The position numbers and the translations under genes were made by a program. 64,000 nt of DNA from positions 83 to 64,082 of the forward strand of contig JALFJX010000037.1 in the NCBI GenBank assembly GCA_022775905.1. Reading direction: 5' to 3'. Shown here piece by piece: positions 18,696 to 28,154 of the stretch; within the stretch, counting starts at the first letter, position 1, and each line of letters begins with the position of its first letter. The notes beneath the pieces were generated by a model. It was not told the origin of the DNA. It did no database searches and saw only the letters and a program-made list of their open reading frames with translations. Source of the DNA: Methanobrevibacter sp. Its GTDB lineage: Archaea > Methanobacteriota > Methanobacteria > Methanobacteriales > Methanobacteriaceae.

Positions 18696-19337
18696 TTGAT
18701 AAAAATGACTGTAAAAGAATTATTGAAGGAATGTGATTTTTCATACTTCCTCAAAGATTACAAGGAATTGCTTATAAAGTGTGATGAAGTATTAAAAATT
18801 GATGATAAAAATCCCATTGCCTTAAACTACAAAGCGATTGCATATTACTACTTGGGTATGTATGATTTTGCTTTAAATCTGTTAAACAAAACTCAGAAAC
18901 TATATCCTGAAAACTACTATACATTAAACAACAAGGCTCTTGTTTTCATTGCTTTAAAAGAATATGAAAAAGCTCTGGAGTGCTGCAACAGAGGTCTTGA
19001 AATCGAGGACTTTGACTGGCTTGAAACAAACAAGATTAAAGCATTATTGTATCTTGACAGGGTGGATGAAGCCAAAAAATTCTACAATTCACTGGAATGT
19101 CATGAATCAACATTTGTGGAACTGCTCTTTGAATGCAATAAATTCAGTGAGGTCATTGATTATTATCTGAAAAATCCATCTGTACTGATTCCAATGGATA
19201 TGGCAAATGCACTTGAAGAGGCTGAGCTTAAGCTGCTTGCAGATTATTATAATGGGAAGCTAAAGGAAAATCCTACAGATATTGAAGTCATTGATAGGCT
19301 AAAAACATTAATGGTAAAGTATGACCTTGATATATAA
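18696..19337 (+). CDS. tetratricopeptide repeat protein
   Basis: 213 aa with canonical TPR units (ALNYKAIAYYYLGMYDFALNLLNKTQKLYPENYYTLNNKALVFIALKEYEKALECCNRGLEI). ATG 18705 is an alternative start. Confidence 0.75.
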   Translation: MIKMTVKELLKECDFSYFLKDYKELLIKCDEVLKIDDKNPIALNYKAIAYYYLGMYDFALNLLNKTQKLYPENYYTLNNKALVFIALKEYEKALECCNRGLEIEDFDWLETNKIKALLYLDRVDEAKKFYNSLECHESTFVELLFECNKFSEVIDYYLKNPSVLIPMDMANALEEAELKLLADYYNGKLKENPTDIEVIDRLKTLMVKYDLDI

Positions 19338-19361
19338 CCTAACTGGGATGGCGAGTTTTAT

Positions 19362-19814
19362 ATGTCATGGATCTATCGCATTGGTTATAAAAACGATACA
19401 GAGACATGTCCGAAGTGCGGATCAAAACTGATTCCTATTATATATGGATTTCCAAATGAAATATTGATGGAACAGTATAAAGCAGGTGAAGTTGAACTTG
19501 GAGGATGTGTGATTTCTTCTGATGATGATAATATGCACTGTCCAAACTGCAAAAGCAGTTTCAGACTCGAACCACTTAATGCTGATGCTACCGGTCCATT
19601 ATATTCATACATTTACTCAATATTCTATGATGTAATCAGGATCATATCAAATGAAGAGGAGTGTTGTCTTACTAAAAAAATCAGACAGGAAACCGGATAT
19701 CTTGATGACAATGAGTATGAAGCACTAATCATACAGTTAATGTCAATGGGATATATTTATGAACCTGTTGAAGGGTATGTTAAACTGGTTAACAGCAGAG
19801 AAACTTATGATTGA
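19362..19814 (+). CDS. zinc-ribbon protein
   Basis: 150 aa with CPKCGSK...CPNCKSS forming a 4-Cys ribbon. The C-terminal helical part is unassigned. Confidence 0.6.
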   Translation: MSWIYRIGYKNDTETCPKCGSKLIPIIYGFPNEILMEQYKAGEVELGGCVISSDDDNMHCPNCKSSFRLEPLNADATGPLYSYIYSIFYDVIRIISNEEECCLTKKIRQETGYLDDNEYEALIIQLMSMGYIYEPVEGYVKLVNSRETYD

Positions 19815-19868
19815 CTTGGCATATACAGAATACATGTAGGTGCAGTAAATATGGTAAAAAAAATATCC

Positions 19869-20132
19869 AATGGATTTTGATGAATTAGAAAAAAGAGTAA
19901 CTGAACTGCTTTTTGAAGTTGCAGGAGATGAAAGAAAATAGAATGTTCTTTGCTTTATTGACGAGCTTCGCGATGACTACAAAAAAGACTGTAAAAACTT
20001 CATTAAAAACCTATATGATGATGTCTGCTTTATCTATGATTCACCTGATATCTATGGGGAAAACTGTAAGGATGCATTTTGTGATGACAGGCTTAAGGCA
20101 ACATCAGTAAGCACATTATATATGTTGTATAG
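19869..20132 (+). pseudogene. small acidic ORF interrupted by an in-frame TAG
   Basis: MDFDELEKRVTELLFEVAGDERK is followed by TAG (19938-19940), then NVLCFIDELRDDYKKDCKNFIKNLYDDVCFIYDSPDIYGENCKDAFCDDRLKANISKHIIYVV in the same frame. This reading is more protein-like than the track ORF 19913..20110 in another frame. Confidence 0.3.
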
Positions 20133-20351
20133 TGATGACGGCTACATTAAAAAAGCCTAATTCACTATTTTTTTAATTATTTTAATATAATAAAATTGTT
20201 ATAATACTAAAATATTGATTTAAAATACTTATTTTTACATTTAACAAATCATAAATAGTTAATTTTATATTTTAAAAATACAATACTTAATATTGTAGTT
20301 TTCAGCTGAAAAATTTGGATTTTATACGATTTAAAACTAAATTTTGATATT

Positions 20352-20639
20352 ATGACAACAAGATTGGAACTTTTTAGAAAACGAATGGAGCCTTCAGAAA
20401 AATTGTATACAAGTGAAATTTTAGATTTCACTGAGAAATTCGATGAATTGGGTGAAATGACATTAATAGAAGATCCTGACATAGATACACAGGAGTACAT
20501 CTACCAATTTGAAAAATTAAATGGAACTACTGAAGAAGCCTTGGATAAAATTCTTATTGAAATATGCAATCATATGGATAAGTTCACTAAGAATAATGGA
20601 ATTGAACAATTTGATCAATATGTTTGTATTTGGATTTAA
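20352..20639 (+). CDS. hypothetical small acidic protein
   Basis: 95-aa ORF with no motif recognised. Confidence 0.45.
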   Translation: MTTRLELFRKRMEPSEKLYTSEILDFTEKFDELGEMTLIEDPDIDTQEYIYQFEKLNGTTEEALDKILIEICNHMDKFTKNNGIEQFDQYVCIWI

Positions 20640-20889
20640 AGAGTGATTTAGTATGAATATCTCAAAATATCTCCAATACCATTATATCTGTTGACTTTAA
20701 AACTTTTAATGTTTCAATGATGCCATTAGATACATGAAAAGAATATTCAGCCATCTGAAATTCGAATAAAAACTATTTTTTTTAAACTCACAAAAAATTG
20801 CACTGAACTCATGAAATTATAATAAATATTACTTTTCAAATGCTCTTGGATTAATTGATTTAATTATTAAATTTAAATATCAGACTATA

Positions 20890-22785
20890 ATGATGGACTG
20901 GCAATATAGTAATTATTCAAAAGTAAATCCTAAAGCAAGGGAAAATTTCCCATTTGAAAATCCCCGCGATGATCAGCTTGAGACAATCTCTGAAATTATG
21001 GATGCAATTAATCAGGGCTATAAGTATATAGTACTTGAAGCAGGAACCGGTACAGGTAAATCCGCAATTGCAGCAACATTAGCCAATATGTCAGAATCAT
21101 CATACATTTTAACCGTCACCAAACAACTCCAGGAACAGTATTTAAGGGATTTCAATGATTTCAAAGTGGTTAAGGGAAGATCAAACTTCCAATGCCAGAA
21201 TTACATAAATCAATCCTGCAAGGAAGGCAAATGCCTGATTGAAGGATATGACTGCAAATTCTCTTTAAAAAACAGGGAAAATGAAATAAGAAAAGACAAT
21301 ACCTGTCCATATTATTATCAGAAATATTTAGCGTTAAATACAAAAACAGTCATTTCCAATTACTATTACATGTTCCTGGAGCTCAATTACGTCAAGGATT
21401 TTCAGAAGAGAAATCTGCTGATTTTTGATGAAGCACATAACCTGGAGTCAACATTAATGGATGAATTGACTCTTGAATTCTCCAAAAGCGACCTTGAAGA
21501 ATATATCAATTACAAATTGACATATGATAAGATTGAAGAATTATACAATCCTCATTATTCAAAATGGATTAAATTCATCAATGAGATTAAGGAAGGATAC
21601 CAGGAAGAATTGGATAAACTTGAAAGCTTAAATAAAGTAGAGCTTGGAGAAAAAATAGCTTTCATCAAACATCAAATCAATGACTGCAGCAGGTTTATTG
21701 ACCATTTGATACATGACCCTGAAACATGGATTTTTGACTGGGATGATGATTATCAGCTGGCACAGTTTAAACCCTTGAAAATTGACAATTACGCTAAAAA
21801 TACATTATTCGATTATGCTGATGTATGTGTATTCATGAGTGCAACAATCCTTGACTGGGAACTGTTTTCCAAATGGCTTGGAATACCTCGTGATGAGATA
21901 TATGCAATAAGGAGAAAAAGCCCATTTGACATTAAAAACAATCCTATTACTGCATTTGACGAGTATAATTTATCAAGAAACTTCATCAGGGCCAATGCTC
22001 CCAAAAGCATCAGGTCAATTAATGAAATCCTCGAAAAGCACAAAAATGAGAAAGGAATAATTCATACTGTCAGCATGAAATGCAGAGATTTCCTGATGGA
22101 CAATATTGACAATTCCCGACTGATAACTCATGATAGCAAAAACAGAACTGAAATTCTTGATGAATTCATCGCTTCAGATGAACCTCTGGTTTTAATATCC
22201 CCATCTATGGGTGAGGGTGTTGATCTTCCAGGAGACTTATGTCGTTTTCAGATAATCTACAAACTGCCGTTTCCCGATTGGGGAGACAAGCAGATAAATC
22301 AGAGAACAGAAATCGACAGGGAATGGTACGACTACAAAACCTGCCTTAACATTGTCCAGACACATGGAAGGGGAATGAGGCACAATGAGGATTATTGCCA
22401 CACTTATGTTATTGACAGTCGATTCAAGACATATATAAAGGAAACATTTCCAAACAACTTCCTTCCAGATACATTTAAAGAGGCAATTGAAGGAAATGAA
22501 CTCGATTTAAAAGAAAAGAATAGATTAATGGAAATCGGCGATTCATACATAAAAAACAATGACTATGAATCAGGAATCATGTTTTTTAAGGAGTTATTGG
22601 ATAATGAACTCTTTCAAAATGACCTATATCCATATCTCTGTTTATCAAAAATGTTTCATGAAACTGGGATGTATGAAAATGAAGTTCAAATAATCATGCA
22701 ATTCTTAAGCACCGGCGCTAAATCCAGTCAATTAACTAAAAGATTAGAGAAACTTGCAGCTATGGGGTACTTTGATTTTGCATAA
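20890..22785 (+). CDS. XPD/Rad3/DinG-family Fe-S helicase with C-terminal TPR-like tail
   Basis: Walker A EAGTGTGKS and DEAH box LIFDEAHNLE, with a Cys-rich insert between them (FQCQNY..C..C..C...TCPYY). Motif VI is VQTHGRGMRH. The last about 90 aa are helical repeats (..YESGIMFFKELLDNELFQNDLYPYLCL..). Confidence 0.85.
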   Translation: MMDWQYSNYSKVNPKARENFPFENPRDDQLETISEIMDAINQGYKYIVLEAGTGTGKSAIAATLANMSESSYILTVTKQLQEQYLRDFNDFKVVKGRSNFQCQNYINQSCKEGKCLIEGYDCKFSLKNRENEIRKDNTCPYYYQKYLALNTKTVISNYYYMFLELNYVKDFQKRNLLIFDEAHNLESTLMDELTLEFSKSDLEEYINYKLTYDKIEELYNPHYSKWIKFINEIKEGYQEELDKLESLNKVELGEKIAFIKHQINDCSRFIDHLIHDPETWIFDWDDDYQLAQFKPLKIDNYAKNTLFDYADVCVFMSATILDWELFSKWLGIPRDEIYAIRRKSPFDIKNNPITAFDEYNLSRNFIRANAPKSIRSINEILEKHKNEKGIIHTVSMKCRDFLMDNIDNSRLITHDSKNRTEILDEFIASDEPLVLISPSMGEGVDLPGDLCRFQIIYKLPFPDWGDKQINQRTEIDREWYDYKTCLNIVQTHGRGMRHNEDYCHTYVIDSRFKTYIKETFPNNFLPDTFKEAIEGNELDLKEKNRLMEIGDSYIKNNDYESGIMFFKELLDNELFQNDLYPYLCLSKMFHETGMYENEVQIIMQFLSTGAKSSQLTKRLEKLAAMGYFDFA

Positions 22786-22854
22786 AATATTAACACAACT
22801 TATATTAACTTTTTAAACACAAATATATTATCAAGAAAGTTAAAGGTATTTTCT

Positions 22855-24303
22855 ATGTTGGAGTGGACCATTTGTAAAAACTGCGGTACAATATTGGATA
22901 ATTCTCAAAATAAATGTCCAAATTGTCAAGGGGAAGTCGAAAAAGCAAATATTGATTATCTAAAAGATTATCTAAACAATTTGAACTTTCTTTTAAAGAC
23001 ATTGAATATTTTTACTCCATACTGCAGTTCCACAAAGGACATGTCAAATATCACACTGGAAAGCATCATAATCGATGATTTGTTTAAATACTTTTCATAT
23101 CTTGGTTTGGGAGATGGCAAAGTCACAGACAATGAAGTTGAATTCATAAATTCACTTTTGAACACCAATTTTTCAAAAGAAGATATTACAGCTTTGGCTG
23201 ATGCTAAAATCGATACACTGCCATATTCCTTCAAATGCATTGAAGAAGTGGATGAGTACTGCCAAAACTTTGATATGCATCAGCTTAACTCCTGCAATGA
23301 ACTGTTCAACTGCTTTAAGATATTTGGAAAATTCTTCATAACTGTCGATAATGAGCTTGACGAGGATGTACTGAAAATCTATTCCAATTATATTACAAAG
23401 CTGGAAGATTCTCTTAAAAGCAAAAACGTTACAATCAAACCGATTGACCGTCCAAATAACAAAACAATGCCTGAAGAGGAAAAACATTCATTTGATGAAT
23501 ATATGGATGAACTGAATAAGCTTGTTGGCCTTGAAAAGGTTAAAAAGGATGTCAATTCATTAATCAATCTGGTTCAAATCAGAAAGCTAAGAGCAGAACG
23601 TGGAATCAAACAGCCGCCGATGAGCCTTCATCTGGTTTTTTCAGGAAATCCCGGAACCGGAAAGACAACAGTTGCTAGACTGTTGTCCAAAATATATCAC
23701 GAAATCGGTTTATTGTCAAAGGGACATCTCATTGAAACCGACCGCTCAGGTCTTGTTGGCGGATATGTCGGACAGACTGCAATTAAAACCCAGGAAGTCA
23801 TCCAGTCTGCACTTGGTGGAATACTGTTTATCGATGAAGCTTACAGCTTAACATCAAAAAGTGAAAACGACTATGGAAACGAAGCAATAGACACACTTCT
23901 AAAGGCAATGGAAGACCACCGTGACGATTTGATTGTAATTGTAGCAGGATATCCTGCATTGATGGAAAAGTTCCTATACTCAAATCCCGGCCTTGAGTCA
24001 AGATTCAATAAATTCATCTGTTTTGAGGATTACAATGAAGATGAACTCTACAATATATTCTGGCTCATGTGTGAAGACTCATCACTAACGTTGGATGCTC
24101 CTGGAGATAAGTATATAAATGACTACTTTAAAAGAATATATGAAAATAGATCACCTAATTTTGCTAACGGAAGGGCTGTTAGAAATCTATTTGAAGAAGT
24201 GATAACTAATCAGGCTAACAGATTAGCTGCAAAAGACAATATAACTGACGAAGAATTAAATACTTTAACATACGAAGATTTTTTGGTTGATGAAAATGAG
24301 TGA
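22855..24303 (+). CDS. Zn-ribbon / TerB-like / AAA+ ATPase (CbbX-SpoVK-type)
   Basis: N-terminal CKNCG...CPNC ribbon and a TerB-like segment YLGLGDGKVTDNEVEFINSLL. The AAA+ core has Walker A GNPGTGKTT and Walker B ILFIDEAYSL, plus the C-terminal NGRAVRNLFE typical of the CbbX/SpoVK clade. Confidence 0.85.
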   Translation: MLEWTICKNCGTILDNSQNKCPNCQGEVEKANIDYLKDYLNNLNFLLKTLNIFTPYCSSTKDMSNITLESIIIDDLFKYFSYLGLGDGKVTDNEVEFINSLLNTNFSKEDITALADAKIDTLPYSFKCIEEVDEYCQNFDMHQLNSCNELFNCFKIFGKFFITVDNELDEDVLKIYSNYITKLEDSLKSKNVTIKPIDRPNNKTMPEEEKHSFDEYMDELNKLVGLEKVKKDVNSLINLVQIRKLRAERGIKQPPMSLHLVFSGNPGTGKTTVARLLSKIYHEIGLLSKGHLIETDRSGLVGGYVGQTAIKTQEVIQSALGGILFIDEAYSLTSKSENDYGNEAIDTLLKAMEDHRDDLIVIVAGYPALMEKFLYSNPGLESRFNKFICFEDYNEDELYNIFWLMCEDSSLTLDAPGDKYINDYFKRIYENRSPNFANGRAVRNLFEEVITNQANRLAAKDNITDEELNTLTYEDFLVDENE

Positions 24304-25369
24304 AAAAATTTGTACAAACTGCGGAAATAAAGTGGATGGAAATGTCAACTTCTGTCCCAAATGCAAATCACAATCATTTAGAAACGTTAATGAGCTTGCA
24401 AAGCCAAAAGCTACCTTTGTTCAGAATTTACTTTACAAATATCAGAACAATTATTATGTATTATCAAAAGCTAAGGTTGGAGCATTAATTACATTTATCG
24501 TATTTGGAACTTTAGCATTTCAAACTCCTGGAACAATATTAATTTCATTGATTATAGCATTTTTAGTTTATGCAATGGGTTATGCTCTTAGAAGAGCTTT
24601 AATGGATAAGAATAGCAGATCACAGATTTACTTTAAGAATAATAATTTAGGTTTAATTCAAGATTTAATACATTTATTCGGATATTGGCAGGATAGGGAA
24701 AATGGTGAATATAAAATATCAAAAACTAAACTAGTTTCACTTATTATCTTCTTTATCTTTGCGTGTGTTGGTATTGCACAAGTGCCGGGAAATCCATTTG
24801 CATTTTTCGTTTTCGGTTTTTTCTTTTCAGCACCAGCATTTGCCGTTGGATATGCAATCCACAGATTCCTCACTTCAAGACCTGTTAAAAAGGTAGCTAA
24901 AAAGGCAGAACCTTTAATTGAAAAAACAACCGGAATCAAGGTTGAAAAGCCAAAAACATCTTCAAATACATATAATGTACATGAATTTGACAAATACAGG
25001 AAAAAATTAAGTGAATTATCCATAATGTATGAAATCAAAGAGAAAAACGCAAGAAGTTTAATTGAAAAACGTTTCACACCACCTCAATTGACTTATGACA
25101 GATTCATTGCATCTGTTGACAACTCAACCAAGATGTTTAACATGCACTCAGATGCTGTTTCAAACATTATTGGGCTTGCTTCACAGGACAGTGCAAAAAT
25201 AGATCATGAAATCAACAACAGACTTGACATTCTCGAGTCACTTGTCAAAAAGATGGATGAACTTGTAAATGAACTTGTATTGAGCTTAAATGAAAACGAA
25301 GAGGAAGACAATGTCTCCAATGTCTTTGAGGATATGGATAGCTTAATTGATTCTGTTAAAAATTATTGA
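24290..25369 (+). CDS. Zn-ribbon membrane protein (4 TM, duplicated 2-TM unit) with long helical C-terminal domain
   Basis: CTNCG...CPKC ribbon, then two copies of a 2-TM unit ending (A/V)(M/V)GYA(L/I)(R/H)R(A/F)L, then an about 130-aa helical tail. The start (ATG 24290 or 24296) overlaps the stop of the AAA+ gene (24301-24303). Confidence 0.7.
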   Translation: MKMSEKICTNCGNKVDGNVNFCPKCKSQSFRNVNELAKPKATFVQNLLYKYQNNYYVLSKAKVGALITFIVFGTLAFQTPGTILISLIIAFLVYAMGYALRRALMDKNSRSQIYFKNNNLGLIQDLIHLFGYWQDRENGEYKISKTKLVSLIIFFIFACVGIAQVPGNPFAFFVFGFFFSAPAFAVGYAIHRFLTSRPVKKVAKKAEPLIEKTTGIKVEKPKTSSNTYNVHEFDKYRKKLSELSIMYEIKEKNARSLIEKRFTPPQLTYDRFIASVDNSTKMFNMHSDAVSNIIGLASQDSAKIDHEINNRLDILESLVKKMDELVNELVLSLNENEEEDNVSNVFEDMDSLIDSVKNY

Positions 25370-25375
25370 TGAAAA

Positions 25376-25972
25376 ATGTTTAAAAAAGTTCTGATTGCAT
25401 TGATTGCAGTATTTGTATTGATGAGTGCAGCAAGTGCTGTTGACTCATCAAACTGGAATACAACCACTGTCGGTTATGAGACATTCAAGATACCTCCGCA
25501 GTACAATAACCCATACATCAGCGACTTTGACATGTATGAGTTTGATGAGAATATTGATGTTTTCACACTCAGATATGTAAATCCCAATCTTATGAGTTTA
25601 TACGGCTATTTCATAAGCCAGTATCATGCAAAAAAGGTCAATGTATCAGGACATGATGCAGTTCACTTCACATACTATGACAGACATGACGGGACAAACA
25701 ATTCAATTTTATGGTTTTCAGCAGGAGATGAATTCTATTATATCAACTGGATTGGACATAATATAACCTCAGACATTAAGGAAATAGTCAAAAGCGGATC
25801 AAAATCAGCATACACTCATAAGGAATTCTACAGTACATTAAATGAAGAATACAATAACTATGAGATTGTACATGCAATAGAATCACAGCCTTCAGATTAT
25901 CCTCAAAAGGAATCCTCACGTACCTTTGTATCATTCGGAACAAACGGTTTTGGAATTGGAAAAATATTTTAG
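25376..25972 (+). CDS. secreted protein (signal peptide), unknown function
   Basis: 198 aa with N-terminal LIALIAVFVLMSAASAVDSS. The gene starts 6 nt after the previous gene. Confidence 0.65.
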   Translation: MFKKVLIALIAVFVLMSAASAVDSSNWNTTTVGYETFKIPPQYNNPYISDFDMYEFDENIDVFTLRYVNPNLMSLYGYFISQYHAKKVNVSGHDAVHFTYYDRHDGTNNSILWFSAGDEFYYINWIGHNITSDIKEIVKSGSKSAYTHKEFYSTLNEEYNNYEIVHAIESQPSDYPQKESSRTFVSFGTNGFGIGKIF

Positions 25973-25980
25973 GTGTTTAA

Positions 25981-26593
25981 ATGGATGATGAAATCCCAAT
26001 TAAAAGAAAAATAGAAAAAAAGAGACATACACTTTTAGACAGGATTAAAACAACAAAGGAATTTGTTGAAGACACTGCAATCAATGTGGTTACAGCACCT
26101 AAGGAAATAGTTGATGATGTGCTCAGGCAAAAAGAAAACAATATGCCTCAGAAAGGCTTTGAAGAGTCTTTAAAATATATCATGGAGCATAATAAGTCAA
26201 AAGTTGAATTTCCTGTTGACTCCAAATCAAAAGAAAAGATATCCAAAATGCTTTCACCTGAAATAGTCGGAAGTGCAGGAGGCTTGATTGGAGCTGCTGC
26301 AACCGTAGGACTTATAGGTTCAACACTTGGTGCCGGTGCATTGATCGGTGGAGTAATAGCTAAAAACTCCAAAGACATGTCCTGGGTTGGGGCGGAACTT
26401 GTAATCCTTGAGGAGGAACTTGTCATTTCAAAAATTCACACTTCATTTCGATGAAATAAAGCACGTAAGCGTTGACAACGGACTGGTTGTTCTTACACTG
26501 AAGGATGATGCATTGGCATTCAGAACATATAATGCAAAGGATCTTAAAACTGTCATCGTTGAGCGAATGAATAAATATTATAACAATAATTAA
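25981..26593 (+). pseudogene. Gly-rich TM protein with PH-like tail, split by a +1 frameshift in an A5 run
   Basis: ORF 25981..26454 ends ..AELVILEEELVISKIHTSFR. Dropping one A from AAAAA at 26430-26434 gives ..LVISKFTLHFDEIKHVSVDNGLVVLTLKDDALAFRTYNAKDL.., which is ORF 26408..26593. This could be a real pseudogene or a homopolymer sequencing error. Confidence 0.5.
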
Positions 26594-26606
26594 CAGATTA
26601 CCATTA

Positions 26607-27500
26607 ATGACTAATCACAAACACCTACGTACTGTTATTGAAGACATATATTCAAATGGAAATAAACTAACTGAAGAACTCACTGCTCGTCTGATACATG
26701 AATTCAGATACTCCAACTTGTATATTCCCGCCAAAAGGGAAAATGATACCTTAAATTTCATTATCTATGAAGATGGTGATACAAAATTCACTCCATTGTT
26801 TACGGATATGGATGAATTCAGGAAGTTCTATAAAAATGATGAATCCATTCAGATTTTACAGAACCCGTTTGAATTATACCAAAATGTCCTCAAAACAACA
26901 GATATTGGAGGTTATGTCTTAAATCCTGCTTCTGAAAAGTATCTCTTCCAGAAGGAATTCATATTGGCAATAGACAATATTCCAAAAACTAATTTTTACA
27001 CTACAAACCCGTATTCAGAAGAGGAATTATTGGCTTTAAAAAAATCAGCTGACAATAAAGATCTTGAAGAGTTCATTTCAAACAGGGCCAATATCGGTGA
27101 CTTTGAAGGATTGTTTGAGAAGATGGCGCAATCACAGCTGCTTGCACTGATGCTTTCTGACTTGAAGCTCAAAAATGAGATGACTTCACTTAAGGAAAGC
27201 GGACCTGTCGCTTCAATGTATACTGACAAGGTTGGAGGAATCTATGCAACAGTATTTACCTCAGAAGAAAAGATGAATGCGGTAAACACCAAAAAGCACA
27301 AGTATTCCCAACTGGTAAATCTTGCAACTCTTGTCAATTTCATCCTGACTGAGGATATGGACGGTCTTATTTTAAATCCTGAAACTGATAATGTTCTGGT
27401 TCCAAGAACTACACTTCTCAGATATTCTCTTGGCTTTGAGATGTATGCAAATGATGAAAGGTTATCAGAAGCCATGTTTTATCTCTTTAAAATAATATAA
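26607..27500 (+). CDS. SseB-like family protein (paralogue-type of 9909..10706)
   Basis: 297 aa carrying SNLYIPAKRENDTLNFIIYEDGDTKFTPLFTDMDEFRKF and GGYVLNPASEKY. This is the same pattern as the 9909 ORF. Confidence 0.5.
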   Translation: MTNHKHLRTVIEDIYSNGNKLTEELTARLIHEFRYSNLYIPAKRENDTLNFIIYEDGDTKFTPLFTDMDEFRKFYKNDESIQILQNPFELYQNVLKTTDIGGYVLNPASEKYLFQKEFILAIDNIPKTNFYTTNPYSEEELLALKKSADNKDLEEFISNRANIGDFEGLFEKMAQSQLLALMLSDLKLKNEMTSLKESGPVASMYTDKVGGIYATVFTSEEKMNAVNTKKHKYSQLVNLATLVNFILTEDMDGLILNPETDNVLVPRTTLLRYSLGFEMYANDERLSEAMFYLFKII

Positions 27501-27534
27501 AATTTTAATAATCATATGTTATATACTCATTATT

Positions 27535-28146
27535 ATGTCAGAATTATCAGAATTGATTCAAATTAATAAAAACATTGAAAAGCAGAATGAGGAAATCATT
27601 CGTCTTTTAAAAATAATCGCTAATGAGAAGAAAGAGGAACCTCCTAAACCGCAAATTGATTTAGGTGAATTGTACTTGTCAAATGAAGCGCTCAAAAAGG
27701 CACTTGGAGAGGAAGACAAAGAACCTGAAGTAGTTGAAAATACCTGGAGAATAGGATCTTTGCTTGACACTTCACTTGATGTTGGTGAAGTGCATTTCCT
27801 TGAAGGTTCAGACATCTTCAAAATATCTATTAAAAATAATGAAACTATAATCGATAATTTAACTGGTGATGGTGAACCTAATACATTTGCTTTTGAGGAA
27901 ATGATTGCAAATGAATCAGTCAATCAAAATAAAAGTTTGGAAGATGGTACAGTAATACTAAGTAATGAACATTCACAAAACTTGCCTGAAACTTTAAAAA
28001 TTTGTATTGAACAGGGAGCTAAAAAAGCATACATGCCAATTTTTACAGCAACACAGCTTGTTGGAGCACCAAATTCCCTAATGGAACTTGTGAAACTTGA
28101 CTTTTATAAAAATGAAGATAACTTAATTGAAAAATTATTTAAATAG
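27535..28146 (+). CDS. coiled-coil protein with degenerate Lon-protease-like C-terminal domain
   Basis: 203 aa. The N-terminal about 55 aa are coiled-coil/charged. The C-terminus (GSLLDTSLDVGEVHFLEG...LTGDG...CIEQGAKKAYMPIFTATQLVGAPNSLMELVKLDFYKNEDNLIEKL) resembles the S16 Lon/BrxL-type proteolytic-domain outline but lacks an obvious Ser-Lys dyad. The CDS call is solid and the domain call is weak. Confidence 0.45.
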   Translation: MSELSELIQINKNIEKQNEEIIRLLKIIANEKKEEPPKPQIDLGELYLSNEALKKALGEEDKEPEVVENTWRIGSLLDTSLDVGEVHFLEGSDIFKISIKNNETIIDNLTGDGEPNTFAFEEMIANESVNQNKSLEDGTVILSNEHSQNLPETLKICIEQGAKKAYMPIFTATQLVGAPNSLMELVKLDFYKNEDNLIEKLFK

Positions 28147-28154
28147 GTGATTTA

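Noticed and set aside
26148-26426. 92-aa minus-strand A/P/S-rich ORF
   Set aside because: It is the antisense shadow of the Gly/Ala-rich segment of the 25981 gene.
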